Shown here piece after piece: positions 52,101-62,064 of a stretch of DNA of 64,000 bases (its first letter is position 1; each line of letters opens with the position of its first letter). The translations under genes were made by a program, and so were the position numbers. This stretch comes from a candidate division FCPU426 bacterium. GTDB lineage: Bacteria; Oederibacteriota; Muellerivitia; Muellerivitales; Muellerivitaceae. Under the pieces are notes generated by a model. It saw only the letters and a list, made by a program, of their open reading frames with translations, had not been told where the DNA came from and made no database searches. Location of the stretch: assembly GCA_963738405.1 (NCBI GenBank), contig CAVTWJ010000020.1, forward strand, positions 32,001 to 96,000, in the 5' to 3' direction.

Positions 52101-53923
52101 GAGTGAATTCCTATACCATTTATCGAAGCATTAATCCTACACCCACCTCCACCTGCGTGACTTGTTGGAGCAATGTAGGTTCTGTTTCTGCGCCGACCTC
52201 TTTAACCGCTGCCACGCCCGTATTTGTGGATACAAACGCAGTCAGTGGCTTTACCAATTACTACCAGATCGTTCCCCAGAATGGTTTCGGATTGCAGGGA
52301 AATCCCAATCCGCAAACCGGGGTTTCAATCACTTATTTTCCAGCCGCTCCCGCAAGCTTTATAGCTCAACCCTCTGCATCTGCCATCAGCCTGGCCTGGG
52401 CTCCGGTCGGAAATGCTCCCGTGACCGGTTACGACATTTATCGAAGCACGGCTGCTTTCGCCCATATGACCCAACTAGCGGGCCAACTGGCCGTAACAAC
52501 CTATACCGATAACGCTGTGACTTATGGTTCAGCCTATTTTTATTGGGTGGATGCGGGAGCCCAAGGGGTTACCAGCGCTCCGGCCAGCGTGACCGCCCTA
52601 GCTGTATCCGCGCCCACCCTCTTTTTAACACCTGGCGCCGCCATGAATAACTTGGCCTGGAACCCGGTCGAGGTGCCCACCGGAAGCCCTGTGTCGGGCT
52701 ATTCCATCCAAAGCGAGACCTTTCCCGCTACACCGGTTCCCAGTCAGACTCCAGGATTCACTCCCATCGGTCCCGCCATTGTGGAAGGATTGAATAACAC
52801 GACCTATGCCGACACAAGCGTGTCCGATCCCAATTCTTACGCCTACCAGGTCGCTGTAGCGGCACCCAATCCCTGGGGAGGAAGACCCATTTTGGGACCC
52901 TTTTCCAACCCGGTGAGCGTGATAGTGTTGCCTTTGCCGGTCGCCAATTTGGAGGCGGTGTCTGGAGATGGCTTGGTTCAATTGCGTTGGAACTACCAAG
53001 GCAACCAAAAATTTACTTATACCATTCAACGAAAGTTGGGTTCGGCTCCTGTTTCGGCTTATCAAACCATCAAATCCGGGTTTCAAGGCATCAATTACAC
53101 CGACACGGGAGTTTTGAATAAAACACTTTATGATTACCAGATTTATAGCGTGGATGCCTCGGGATTGTCCTCCTCCGCCGCGATGGTTCAGGCCCTGCCC
53201 GCCGAGCCGCCCTATGTTGGAAACACAAAAGTATCTCTCGCTCAAAGTCAGCAGGGGGATCAAACGGGGAATCAATTGACTTGGGCTCCAGCAAATAACC
53301 CCGCCACTTATCCATACTTTGATCCGACCAAAATGTATCCCTTGGGAGGATATTATGTTTATCGGTCTTCCGATGGGGGGGGGACTTACCAGTTGGTTAC
53401 GGTGGTGCCAAGTTCCCAGGGAACTACCCAAACCTCTATTAGCTATTTTGATCCGGTTCAACTGGTAAACGGTTCGGCCTATACCTATTTGGTCTGGGCT
53501 TTTGACCAACCGGCGGGCGTGAATACGAGTGAAGTCAATATGGTTCACGAGACGCCCTATACCCCCATAACTGCTTTTCCATTGACGGCTGGGGCGGCGC
53601 TGGATCGTAATGCAATAAGGCCCAATGGCGCTTTGGATGAACAGTCCGTCGGGATACGGTTTGTGGTGACAAGTCCAGGTAAGGTGGAAATAAAAGTTTA
53701 TTCCCTGTCGGGGACTTTTATCAAAACTATCTTAAGTGACCCTAATGTTCGTGTTGGAGTTTGGGGCACCTATCGCATTAATGGAACCTTGAATGACAGT
53801 GACTATCATGCTTCCTGGGACGCGCGCAATATGCAGGGGAATCTGGTCGCGTCAGGTGTCTATCTGATAACGGTGGAAATGAACGGGCACCAAGAAATTG
53901 ATAAAGTGGCAGTTATTAAGTAA
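49163..53923 (+). CDS. Secreted fibronectin type III repeat protein with Thr/Pro linkers and FlgD-like/T9SS-type CTD (alternative start 49124)
   Basis: Repeated P..L.A...V.L.W...Y.IYR...YTD...Y.Y.V modules; C-terminal VYSLSG...WDARNMQGNLVASGVY...KVAVIK. Confidence 0.85.
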   Translation: MGRKRNLLTANAALWVALLAHFGQCQSLPAPTGLAATPGNGVVNLYWNPLPSATAFFIYRDEYGTPTYSFTPTPSFTPTFTGSPTDATTDTTTPTYSPTGTPTPLATVLASGQASLTDFQVVNGDSYVYTVLGLDSSGNLGAPATTVVNPFAPPQAISTLTVQPLHAGALDLSWPLPLSSYPVTGYAIYRLAITFTPNPSGTPTPTPSFTPTPSYTPTVTFSPTLTLPAGTYTSTPGNTYTFTNTFTPTITSSPTPSFTPTATFEPTRILASDVISQGALIGNSSGTSFSDQPQPLGPGEYYYVAIAEDANGNPGAIPTYSSIPNCPQLSKPFAPALSGNLILSVTPTPTNGMLYGVRLQWTGPLASEGVTAYQVFANGTPLATVVVSPTPQVTCVYDDQSVPYSASQANQTQYSVAAVNGNGAVTSNSISENIYEPILYGPIQVTPVAAANNVTISWNQALPGTYGLAGYQIFKSSNGIPGTGTQSPTPLPMANIGITPGVTPTLVYVDSPVTNAWGLSYWVQPYAAVTTGGVFAGATPSLLDIGPTPVATVSVAVTTGNNAFAVTWSGAETGFYGTPVAYKVYREYTNASSPTPVATVSYSQTNYTDYANGVSLSTSMNYQVSVLDHLGNPSDLSPFSNAVVSSSASAPGLPLQPFGLPVLGGPITLTYSWLLNPLSDGVTAYNLYGPDYLTPAPNTPTPVAIYAPTTTPTFEVPATPWAVNNYYVVAQNQTGNSTPTNLSSLAVSQYSVSAGVPVPTQAVTLSWNFTVPTTTPAPLDSFDVYRSVTQGSQFTSLAVVPYPTMVYTDNTASAGQSFYYRVTARSNGVESSLFPDMTPAPEAGAFTWPNAPASLLANGAVSETTLTWVSNPVTEGVQFYTVYQNGTPVATVTPAPVSVLNSVTVPDFPGAGTGYQVVAQSPEGNSSAAPASVLLSFSSGPILDLTPPPGFTPTPNVTPAYPPGVWVSGFTFSSNPADGGVNSYTIYRSINPTPTSTCVTCWSNVGSVSAPTSLTAATPVFVDTNAVSGFTNYYQIVPQNGFGLQGNPNPQTGVSITYFPAAPASFIAQPSASAISLAWAPVGNAPVTGYDIYRSTAAFAHMTQLAGQLAVTTYTDNAVTYGSAYFYWVDAGAQGVTSAPASVTALAVSAPTLFLTPGAAMNNLAWNPVEVPTGSPVSGYSIQSETFPATPVPSQTPGFTPIGPAIVEGLNNTTYADTSVSDPNSYAYQVAVAAPNPWGGRPILGPFSNPVSVIVLPLPVANLEAVSGDGLVQLRWNYQGNQKFTYTIQRKLGSAPVSAYQTIKSGFQGINYTDTGVLNKTLYDYQIYSVDASGLSSSAAMVQALPAEPPYVGNTKVSLAQSQQGDQTGNQLTWAPANNPATYPYFDPTKMYPLGGYYVYRSSDGGGTYQLVTVVPSSQGTTQTSISYFDPVQLVNGSAYTYLVWAFDQPAGVNTSEVNMVHETPYTPITAFPLTAGAALDRNAIRPNGALDEQSVGIRFVVTSPGKVEIKVYSLSGTFIKTILSDPNVRVGVWGTYRINGTLNDSDYHASWDARNMQGNLVASGVYLITVEMNGHQEIDKVAVIK

Positions 53924-53952
53924 GCCCTTTCGGGTTCTTATGGGAGAACAGA

Positions 53953-54660
53953 TTGAGCACCCCGCTCTGGAATAAAAAGTTAAAGTGCCCTTTTTGCGCG
54001 TTTGAATTTGAGACGACCCGGTTACGTTCCTCCGTCATCAAGATTAAGGAAAAACAAACTGATTTCGGAAACGTCTATGATGGGGAATGCGCCTATCTGT
54101 ATGCCGTTACGGTTTGTCCCCAATGCACCTTTGCGGCTTTAAATAAGGATTTTGATACCGTCCGCGCCGGGGCCGAGCCAATGATTATGGAAGTCTGCCG
54201 GCAGATAAGCCAATCGGCCAAAAAGAAACCTGAAATCTTCGCCTTAGGATCCTCCACGCCCGAAGTGGCCATTAAACGGCATGAAATGGCTATCACCTTC
54301 ATGAAGATACGAAAATATGGGGATTTAAGTACCCTGGCGGGTTTGTCCCTTCATTTGGTCTGGATATACCGGTTGATGCAGGATTACGACAATGAAAAAC
54401 GGGCCTTGGCTCAGGCAGCTAAAGCCTACGAGGAATATTTTGACAAGGGAAGCCGGTTGCCGGAAAACCTGGGCGAGCCTGGGGTGCTTTATTTAATTGG
54501 CGAATTGTACCGGCGGCAGGGCTTATTTAAAGAAGCCAGACGTTTTTATGAAAGGGCATTGGCCAGCAAGGAAATTAAAGCCTTTCCCCGCATCGCTGAA
54601 ATGACGAGGGATATGATGTTTGCCGCGAAGCAGCAAATGGAAATGACAGGTACGGATTAG
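53953..54660 (+). CDS. DUF2225 family protein (zinc ribbon plus TPR-like helices)
   Basis: CPFC...VCPQC; YLIGELYRRQG..EARRFY. Confidence 0.85.
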   Translation: MSTPLWNKKLKCPFCAFEFETTRLRSSVIKIKEKQTDFGNVYDGECAYLYAVTVCPQCTFAALNKDFDTVRAGAEPMIMEVCRQISQSAKKKPEIFALGSSTPEVAIKRHEMAITFMKIRKYGDLSTLAGLSLHLVWIYRLMQDYDNEKRALAQAAKAYEEYFDKGSRLPENLGEPGVLYLIGELYRRQGLFKEARRFYERALASKEIKAFPRIAEMTRDMMFAAKQQMEMTGTD

Positions 54661-54665
54661 TCCCT

Positions 54666-55430
54666 TTGCGGGGGATCGTCTTGAACTCATGGAAACCTTT
54701 CAAATCAATATCTAAAGCGTTAATTGACAATCTTTTCCCAAAGCTGTGTGAATATTGCGGTTTGACATTTGAAGAAGGTTTTTCGAATGTCCTGTGTGGT
54801 TCCTGCTTTCGTTCCATGCCGCACTACCGAGATCCGGTTTGCTCCCACTGTGGTGAATCCTTGGAACCGGGAAGTTTTGAGGGTGCGTTACTATTCCGTT
54901 GCGTGGAATGTGGAGAGGGAGCCTATTTTTTAGACCAGGTTCGGACCTTTGGGGAATATGTTGGAGCCTTGAGATTGCTCCATCACGCGTTTAAGTTTGA
55001 AGGGATGGAACATTTAGGGTTGGCTATAGCTGAAAGAATGGCGAATAACATTCCAGCGGGGTTCCTACAACCTGAAACCATCTTATGCCCTGTTCCTTTG
55101 AGCCCAGAGCGGGAAAGGGAACGGGGATATAATCCGTCCGAAAATTTATGCCGTCATCTTTCCGACGGAAAAGGTGTTCACTGGGAAAATCTCTTAAGAA
55201 AAATGAAGTCGATTCCACCCCAGATGTCGTTGACGCGTAAGGAGAGATTAATGAACCCTGTGGGTGCCTATGAAGTATTGAGGGGAAAGGCCGTGCCGGT
55301 TCGAGTTGTATTGGTTGATGATGTCTTTACCACTGGGGCAACGCTGGAAGAGTGCGCAAAAATATTGAAACAATCTGGCTGCCAATGGGTTGGTGCTGTT
55401 CTTTGGGGTCGGACACCACGTTATTTTTGA
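54666..55430 (+). CDS. comF: ComF family competence protein (double zinc ribbon plus PRTase)
   Basis: LFPKLCEYC, CSHC, PVPLS..RERERGYN, LVDDVFTTGATL. Confidence 0.92.
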   Translation: MRGIVLNSWKPFKSISKALIDNLFPKLCEYCGLTFEEGFSNVLCGSCFRSMPHYRDPVCSHCGESLEPGSFEGALLFRCVECGEGAYFLDQVRTFGEYVGALRLLHHAFKFEGMEHLGLAIAERMANNIPAGFLQPETILCPVPLSPERERERGYNPSENLCRHLSDGKGVHWENLLRKMKSIPPQMSLTRKERLMNPVGAYEVLRGKAVPVRVVLVDDVFTTGATLEECAKILKQSGCQWVGAVLWGRTPRYF

Positions 55431-55498
55431 AAAACTACACAACAAACCTTTTCGGCAACGAACCTTTTTGTCAGCTAGTTCTATATGATCCTTATCTA

Positions 55499-55528
55499 TT
55501 GACCCCTTTGGCCCCCTTCTGATAGCTT
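55499..55528 (+). promoter_or_regulatory. Sigma70-like promoter of the gap operon
   Basis: TTGACC-N18-TAGCTT with TGn extension. Confidence 0.4.
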
Positions 55529-55696
55529 AACCGAACTTTAAACCCCTGATTTTCAAGGAAAAACCAGGTTTTCATCGATCGGATCACACAATAGGTTGTG
55601 AGGGTGATTCCCGATACGAATAGGGGTTACGGTTTTCCTGGAGGCGGTGAAGGCCCGCTGAAAAGCGGTGAATTAAGTTAAAACCCCCGGTTCTAA

Positions 55697-56728
<1,032 letters not shown>

Positions 56729-56748
56729 AGCTGCCCTTTAACATTATG

Positions 56749-56818
56749 AGCCGCAGGTGAAAGCATGACCCAAAATCCGCTTAAGTTTTTCGGGGAATGA
56801 TTTTGCCTGCGGTTTTTT
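56749..56818 (+). terminator. Long hairpin with U-tract after gap (possible terminator or processing site)
   Basis: agccgcaggtgaaa ... ttttgcctgcggtttttt. Confidence 0.45.
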
Positions 56819-56825
56819 ATTTGAG

Positions 56826-57296
56826 GTGATCGCATTGGATTTGCACCCGGCGGTTTGGTGGACTGTGGTGGCGCTGGTATTCTTCATATTGGAAATTACC
56901 ACTGCGTCCTTTTTTTTCCTGTGGATCGGGGCGGGGGCATTGGTCACAGTGGTGGTAACCTTTTTTTCCGTACCAGCCTGGGTGGAATACGCCGTATTCG
57001 CGGTTTCTTCGGTGCTGTTAGTGGCCCTGAGCCGGCGTTGGGCGGGAACCTTTTCAGGGAAATCGCCCCAAAAGGCCAATGTGGACGCTCTTGTAGGTCA
57101 AATCGGCCAGGTCACGAAGGTCTATTCCCACGCACCCTGGCAGGGTTACGCGAAATTTGGCGGGGAAGTTTGGCGAGTGGAATGCGAAAACGAAACGCCG
57201 CTGCGGTTGGAAGAGGAAATAAAAGTTTTGGCGGTTAAATCGAACATTTTGGCGGTCCAAAAAATCGCACAAAATCAAGGCCCGGAGAAAACATAG
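56826..57296 (+). CDS. NfeD family (short, NfeD2-type) membrane protein
   Basis: Hydrophobic N-terminus; LVGQIG.V...G.AKFGGEVWR OB-fold; adjacent to an SPFH gene. Confidence 0.88.
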   Translation: MIALDLHPAVWWTVVALVFFILEITTASFFFLWIGAGALVTVVVTFFSVPAWVEYAVFAVSSVLLVALSRRWAGTFSGKSPQKANVDALVGQIGQVTKVYSHAPWQGYAKFGGEVWRVECENETPLRLEEEIKVLAVKSNILAVQKIAQNQGPEKT

Positions 57297-57372
57297 TAAA
57301 GCAAGCCCTTGCGCCCAGCCGGACGGGCGTTGGGAGCGTCGCAACCTTCAAATGACTTTAAAGGAGTAATCT

Positions 57373-58302
57373 ATGCCAGAATCCGTGTCAGGATTTTTCT
57401 TGCTGGTTCTTGTTGTTTTCGCCTTGATCTATGCCTCCCGGGCTATCCGGATTGTCCGCCCCTTTGAAAAGGGCTTGATTGAACGCCTCGGAAGGTTCAC
57501 CCGCACCGCCGATTCAGGTTTAACCGTTCTTTTCCCGCCCTTTGAAAATATGCGCAAAGTGGATATGCGCGAGCAAGTTATTGAGGTTCCTCCCCAGGAA
57601 GTCATCACCAAGGACAACGTGGTGGTGACGGTGGACGCCATTATTTATTTTCACGTCAGCGATCCATTCAAAGTGGTTTACAACGTGGCGAGGTTTGAAA
57701 TGGCGGCTTTGAAACTGGCCCAAACCAACCTGCGCAATACCATCGGTGAGTTGGACCTGGACCAGACCCTCAACAGCCGCGAGCGTATCAACACTCAGCT
57801 CCGTGAAATCATGGATGAGGCGACGGACAAGTGGGGCGTTAAAGTGACCCGGGTTGAAATTCAAAAGATCGACCCCCCTAATGACATCGTGAGCGCCATG
57901 AGCGCCCAGATGAAGGCAGAACGTACCAAGCGGGCCGCCATTATTGAGGCGGAAGGCATTAAACAAGCCGCCATTACCAAGGCTGAAGGTGAAAAACAAT
58001 CGGCCATTCTTAAGGCCGAGGGTGAGGCTGGAGCGATCGAACGGGTAGCGACCGCTAATAAATTCCAAAAAATTGCCCTGGCGGAAGGTGAATCCCAGGC
58101 CATCATCACGGTGTTCAAGGCCATCCATGACGGAAACCCTACCCAGGATTTGTTGGCTTTGAAATACATGGAAATGCTTGGCGTCGTCGCGGACGGCCAA
58201 GCCACCAAAATCTTCCTTCCGCTAGAAGCCTCGGGTACCCTTGGTGCTTTGAGCACCATTGCCGAAGCCTTTAAAACAGACTTGAAGACGAAGCAAAAAT
58301 AG
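57373..58302 (+). CDS. SPFH/band 7 (QmcA/stomatin-like) protein
   Basis: ERLGRF, QEVITKDNVVVTVDA, LRNTIGEL, QMKAER. Confidence 0.93.
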   Translation: MPESVSGFFLLVLVVFALIYASRAIRIVRPFEKGLIERLGRFTRTADSGLTVLFPPFENMRKVDMREQVIEVPPQEVITKDNVVVTVDAIIYFHVSDPFKVVYNVARFEMAALKLAQTNLRNTIGELDLDQTLNSRERINTQLREIMDEATDKWGVKVTRVEIQKIDPPNDIVSAMSAQMKAERTKRAAIIEAEGIKQAAITKAEGEKQSAILKAEGEAGAIERVATANKFQKIALAEGESQAIITVFKAIHDGNPTQDLLALKYMEMLGVVADGQATKIFLPLEASGTLGALSTIAEAFKTDLKTKQK

Positions 58303-58378
58303 TTTTTTGGGGGGCGTACGGAGAGGTGAGGTTTTCCGTCACGGCAGGTTAGTTCATTCTCTTGTGAAAGGACGACCA

Positions 58379-59584
58379 GTGGCCATCTACAACAAAATGA
58401 GCGTTGAAGATATTAACCCGTCGGGAAAGAGGATTTTCGTCAGGGTGGATTTCAACGTGCCCCAGGATGAACAACTGCGGATCACCGACGACACCCGGAT
58501 AAAGGAATCGCTCAATACCATCCAATATCTCGTTGATAAGGGGGGGCGGGTTATTTTGTGCTCTCACTTGGGGAGGCCCAAGGGTAAGAAAAACGAAAAA
58601 TTCACTTTGAAGCCGATTGCGGCCCGTCTTTCGGAATTGCTGAAAAAGCCAGTTGCAATGATGCCGGATTGCGTGGGGGATGCGGTCAAGGCTGAAGTGT
58701 TAAAAATGAAAAATGGCGATGTGGCCTTGCTGGAAAATGTCCGCTTTTACGATCAAGAAGAGGGAAATGACCCGGTGTTCGCCAAACGACTGGCGGAGCT
58801 AGCTGAAATTTATGTCAATGACGCATTTGGAACGGCCCACCGGGCTCATGCTTCCACCGAGGGGGTTACGAAATTTCTGAAACCCTGCGTGGCGGGCTTT
58901 TTGATGATGAAAGAGATCAAGTACCTGGGCGGAGCCCTTTCCGAGCCTCAGCGTCCCTTCGTGGCTATCATCGGAGGCTCCAAAATTTCCACGAAGATCG
59001 ATGTCATCAAGCACCTCATGGAGATCGTGGATATCCTTATCATTGGCGGGGGCATGTCCTATACCTTTCTTAAATCGGAAGGTCATGGAATCGGGAAGTC
59101 CATTGTCGAGGACGACAAAATGGAACTAGCGCGCGAACTGATCAAACAATCCATCGAAACCGACGTTCCGATGCTTTTGCCGATCGACCATATTGTTTCG
59201 GACGCCTTTGACGCCAAGGCCAATGTCAAGACCGTTCTGCGGGGCGAGATTGGCCCGGAATGGGAAGGGATGGACATAGGCCCCAAAACCCTTGAAAAAT
59301 ACACCACCTTTATTAAGACGGCTAAAACGATCTTTTGGAACGGTCCTGTTGGCGTCTTCGAAATGGAGCCTTTTGCGGGTGGAACTCTGGCCATCGCCAA
59401 ACTGCTTGCGGAAGCTTCCGAGCAGGGCGTGATCACCATTGTGGGAGGGGGGGATTCGGTAGCGGCGGTGACCCAAATGGGCTACGCCTCCAAAATATCC
59501 CATATTTCTACAGGCGGCGGCGCTTCGCTGGAATTTATGGAAGGGAAAGTCCTGCCTGGAATCGCGGCTCTAACGGATAAGTAG
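58379..59584 (+). CDS. pgk: Phosphoglycerate kinase
   Basis: RVDFNVP, SHLGRP, LLENVRF, DAFGTAHR, STGGGASLE; GTG 58379 follows GAAAGGA. Confidence 0.98.
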   Translation: MAIYNKMSVEDINPSGKRIFVRVDFNVPQDEQLRITDDTRIKESLNTIQYLVDKGGRVILCSHLGRPKGKKNEKFTLKPIAARLSELLKKPVAMMPDCVGDAVKAEVLKMKNGDVALLENVRFYDQEEGNDPVFAKRLAELAEIYVNDAFGTAHRAHASTEGVTKFLKPCVAGFLMMKEIKYLGGALSEPQRPFVAIIGGSKISTKIDVIKHLMEIVDILIIGGGMSYTFLKSEGHGIGKSIVEDDKMELARELIKQSIETDVPMLLPIDHIVSDAFDAKANVKTVLRGEIGPEWEGMDIGPKTLEKYTTFIKTAKTIFWNGPVGVFEMEPFAGGTLAIAKLLAEASEQGVITIVGGGDSVAAVTQMGYASKISHISTGGGASLEFMEGKVLPGIAALTDK

Positions 59585-59646
59585 GTCATCGAGGACTCTT
59601 CTTCCCAAGTTTGTCTAAGGGGAAAATAATACCTTTGGAGTAATCA

Positions 59647-60396
59647 ATGCGTATACCGATCATCGCTGGCAATTGGAAAATGTACAAAGGCGTCCGGGAA
59701 TCAGTGACCTTTGTTCAGCAGTTGGCTGAAACCCTGAAGGATGTGAAGGACAGAGAAATTCTTGTGTGTCCCACTTTTCTGTCGGCCGCGAGCGTGGTGG
59801 ACTCGCTTCGATTTTCTAATATTAAAGTTGGCTGCCAGGACGCCCATTGGGAAAACGAGGGAGCCTATACAAGCCATGTAAGTCCCGCCATGCTGAAAGA
59901 CGCGGGAGTGACCTATGTCATTCTTGGACACTCCGAACGCCGTCAATATGACGGCGAAACAGACACCACCATCAACCGAAAGCTTAAAAATGTTCTAAAG
60001 ACGGGCCTGAAGGCCATTGTTTGCGTTGGGGAAACGCTCCATGAACGTGAAGCGAGAAAAACAGAAAAGGTAGTTGAATCCCAAGTGGCGGGCTGTTTCG
60101 AGGGAATCGGTTTAGGGGATCTGGCCCATATTGTCATCGCCTATGAGCCTGTTTGGGCCATTGGAACCGGAAAGACCGCGACACCAGAACAGGCCAATGA
60201 AGTTCATGCCTTTATTCGAGCCAAGATATCGTCAAAATATAACGCTGAGGCGGCACAAGCCATTAGGATTCAATACGGGGGAAGCGTCAAACCGGACAAT
60301 GTGAAACAACTGATGAGCCAACCTGATATCGATGGCGCTCTTGTGGGCGGGGCGAGCCTGAAGGTGGATTCCTTCGCGGCCTTAGTGAAGTTTTAG
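59647..60396 (+). CDS. tpiA: Triosephosphate isomerase
   Basis: AGNWKM, GHSERR, AYEPVWAIGTG, YGGSV, LVGGASL. Confidence 0.99.
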   Translation: MRIPIIAGNWKMYKGVRESVTFVQQLAETLKDVKDREILVCPTFLSAASVVDSLRFSNIKVGCQDAHWENEGAYTSHVSPAMLKDAGVTYVILGHSERRQYDGETDTTINRKLKNVLKTGLKAIVCVGETLHEREARKTEKVVESQVAGCFEGIGLGDLAHIVIAYEPVWAIGTGKTATPEQANEVHAFIRAKISSKYNAEAAQAIRIQYGGSVKPDNVKQLMSQPDIDGALVGGASLKVDSFAALVKF

Positions 60397-60521
60397 ACCT
60401 CTGGCGGGTTATTTTCGGGTCCTTTTGAGCTGAAAACACCTTTGGTTTAAAAGATTTGTTGGATAAACCTAACCGGTTTCAATTAAAATAAACTTAGTTT
60501 CAAATTCCAGAGAGGGTACCC

Positions 60522-60905
60522 ATGAGCGTCCTATTTACCGTACTTTTTGCTTTAACATCAATTTTGTTGATTCTTGTTGTTTTGATTCAACAACCCAAGA
60601 CTGCCGGCGGCTTGTTTTCCGGTACAGGTCAAAGTCTATTGGGAACCAGCGGAAAGACCTTTTGGACAAAAACGACCGTTATTATCGCGGCCGTGTTTAT
60701 GGCTCTTTGCCTTATCCTAGGTGTTTTGCCTCGTTTGGAACAAACTTCCAATCAATCCGCGGTAACGGACCTGATTCAGAAACAGCAAGCCGCTCAAAAT
60801 CAAGCCGCCAACAGCCAGGCACCCGCCCCGGCTCAGGCCCCCCAACCCCAAGCGAAACCTGTTGCACCTTCCGGGGCTCCAGCGCCGGCGCAACCCAAGA
60901 ATTAA
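60522..60905 (+). CDS. secG: Preprotein translocase subunit SecG
   Basis: Two TMs with VLIQ..K..GG linker and TKTT; position after tpiA. Confidence 0.88.
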   Translation: MSVLFTVLFALTSILLILVVLIQQPKTAGGLFSGTGQSLLGTSGKTFWTKTTVIIAAVFMALCLILGVLPRLEQTSNQSAVTDLIQKQQAAQNQAANSQAPAPAQAPQPQAKPVAPSGAPAPAQPKN

Positions 60906-60956
60906 ACTTTAGTTCAATATTCGAAGATCACTAAAAGTTAAGGTTGTGAAAACGAT

Positions 60957-62021
60957 ATGATTACCGGCGGAAAATCCAGAGCGACCCTTAAACAAATAGC
61001 AAAATATTGCGGTGTGTCCCATACGACCGTTTCAATGGTCATTAACCAGAACCCGAGGATTTCGGCGGATACCCGGGAAAAGGTGATGGCCGCCATCAAG
61101 AAGTACAACTACTACCCTAACGTTGCAGCCCGAAGTTTGGTGATGTCACGAACTAATACTATTGGAATTTTCGGGACCATGTTCGATTCGCCTTATTACA
61201 ACGAGATTATCCGGGGTATCGAGATGGAGTGCCGCCACGCCAGCGTGGACTTAAAAATTTACAATTGCAATGGAAGCCTGGAAGATTACAACGAAATCAA
61301 TGAACGCATCCTTGGGGAACGCCGTATCGATGCTGTCATTGCCCTGTCCGTGCCTATGGAAGACGCCGTACTGGAACGTTTTCAAAACGAGGAACTGCCC
61401 CTGATTATTCTTCAGCCTGTCGCCATCGAGGGGCCCAACCACATTCTCGAGAAGATACCGACCCTTCAAGCTGAGGACCGGAAGGGAATCTATAAAGCGG
61501 TCGCCTACCTGATTTCCTTAGGGCATAAAAAGATCGGCTTCGTCAACGGCCCTGAGCACCTCAAGATTTGCCAAGACCGGCTTGCAGGCTACCGGGATGC
61601 CCTGCGGGATAACAACCTTCCGTTTCAGGAACAATTTGTGGCCTATTCCCATTTCCGTCCCGATGCCTTCACTATGGACGCTGGGTATCAGCTGGGAAAA
61701 GAACTCATGGACCGGATTCCCGAAATCACTGCTATTTGCTGTGTCTCTGACACCATGGCCATCGGGGTTATCAAGGCCGCCCGTCAAAAAGGGAAGCTTG
61801 TACCCGAGGATATTTCCATCATCGGTTTCGACGATACCTATGTGGCCCGCTTGGCCGATCCGTCTTTGACGACCCTTCATCAGCCGCTTTTGGAAATGGG
61901 TAAAGCCTCGGTGATTCTGGCCCACAACTTCCTCAACAAGAAACCCATTGAATATCTTCACCGGGGTTTCGATGTGGAGTTGATCATTCGCGAATCCACG
62001 GGTAAGCCGCGTAAAAAGTAG
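60957..62021 (+). CDS. LacI-family transcriptional regulator
   Basis: TLKQIAKYCGVSHTTVSMVIN, YYPNVAARSL, VPEDISIIGFDD, LIIREST. Confidence 0.96.
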   Translation: MITGGKSRATLKQIAKYCGVSHTTVSMVINQNPRISADTREKVMAAIKKYNYYPNVAARSLVMSRTNTIGIFGTMFDSPYYNEIIRGIEMECRHASVDLKIYNCNGSLEDYNEINERILGERRIDAVIALSVPMEDAVLERFQNEELPLIILQPVAIEGPNHILEKIPTLQAEDRKGIYKAVAYLISLGHKKIGFVNGPEHLKICQDRLAGYRDALRDNNLPFQEQFVAYSHFRPDAFTMDAGYQLGKELMDRIPEITAICCVSDTMAIGVIKAARQKGKLVPEDISIIGFDDTYVARLADPSLTTLHQPLLEMGKASVILAHNFLNKKPIEYLHRGFDVELIIRESTGKPRKK

Positions 62022-62064
62022 CCTCCCCCCTCCCCGGACTGAAACCCTCGCCTATAATGCCCTC

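Noticed and set aside
52625..53548. 307-aa minus-strand ORF
   Set aside because: Antisense to the FN3-repeat gene; no domain signal.
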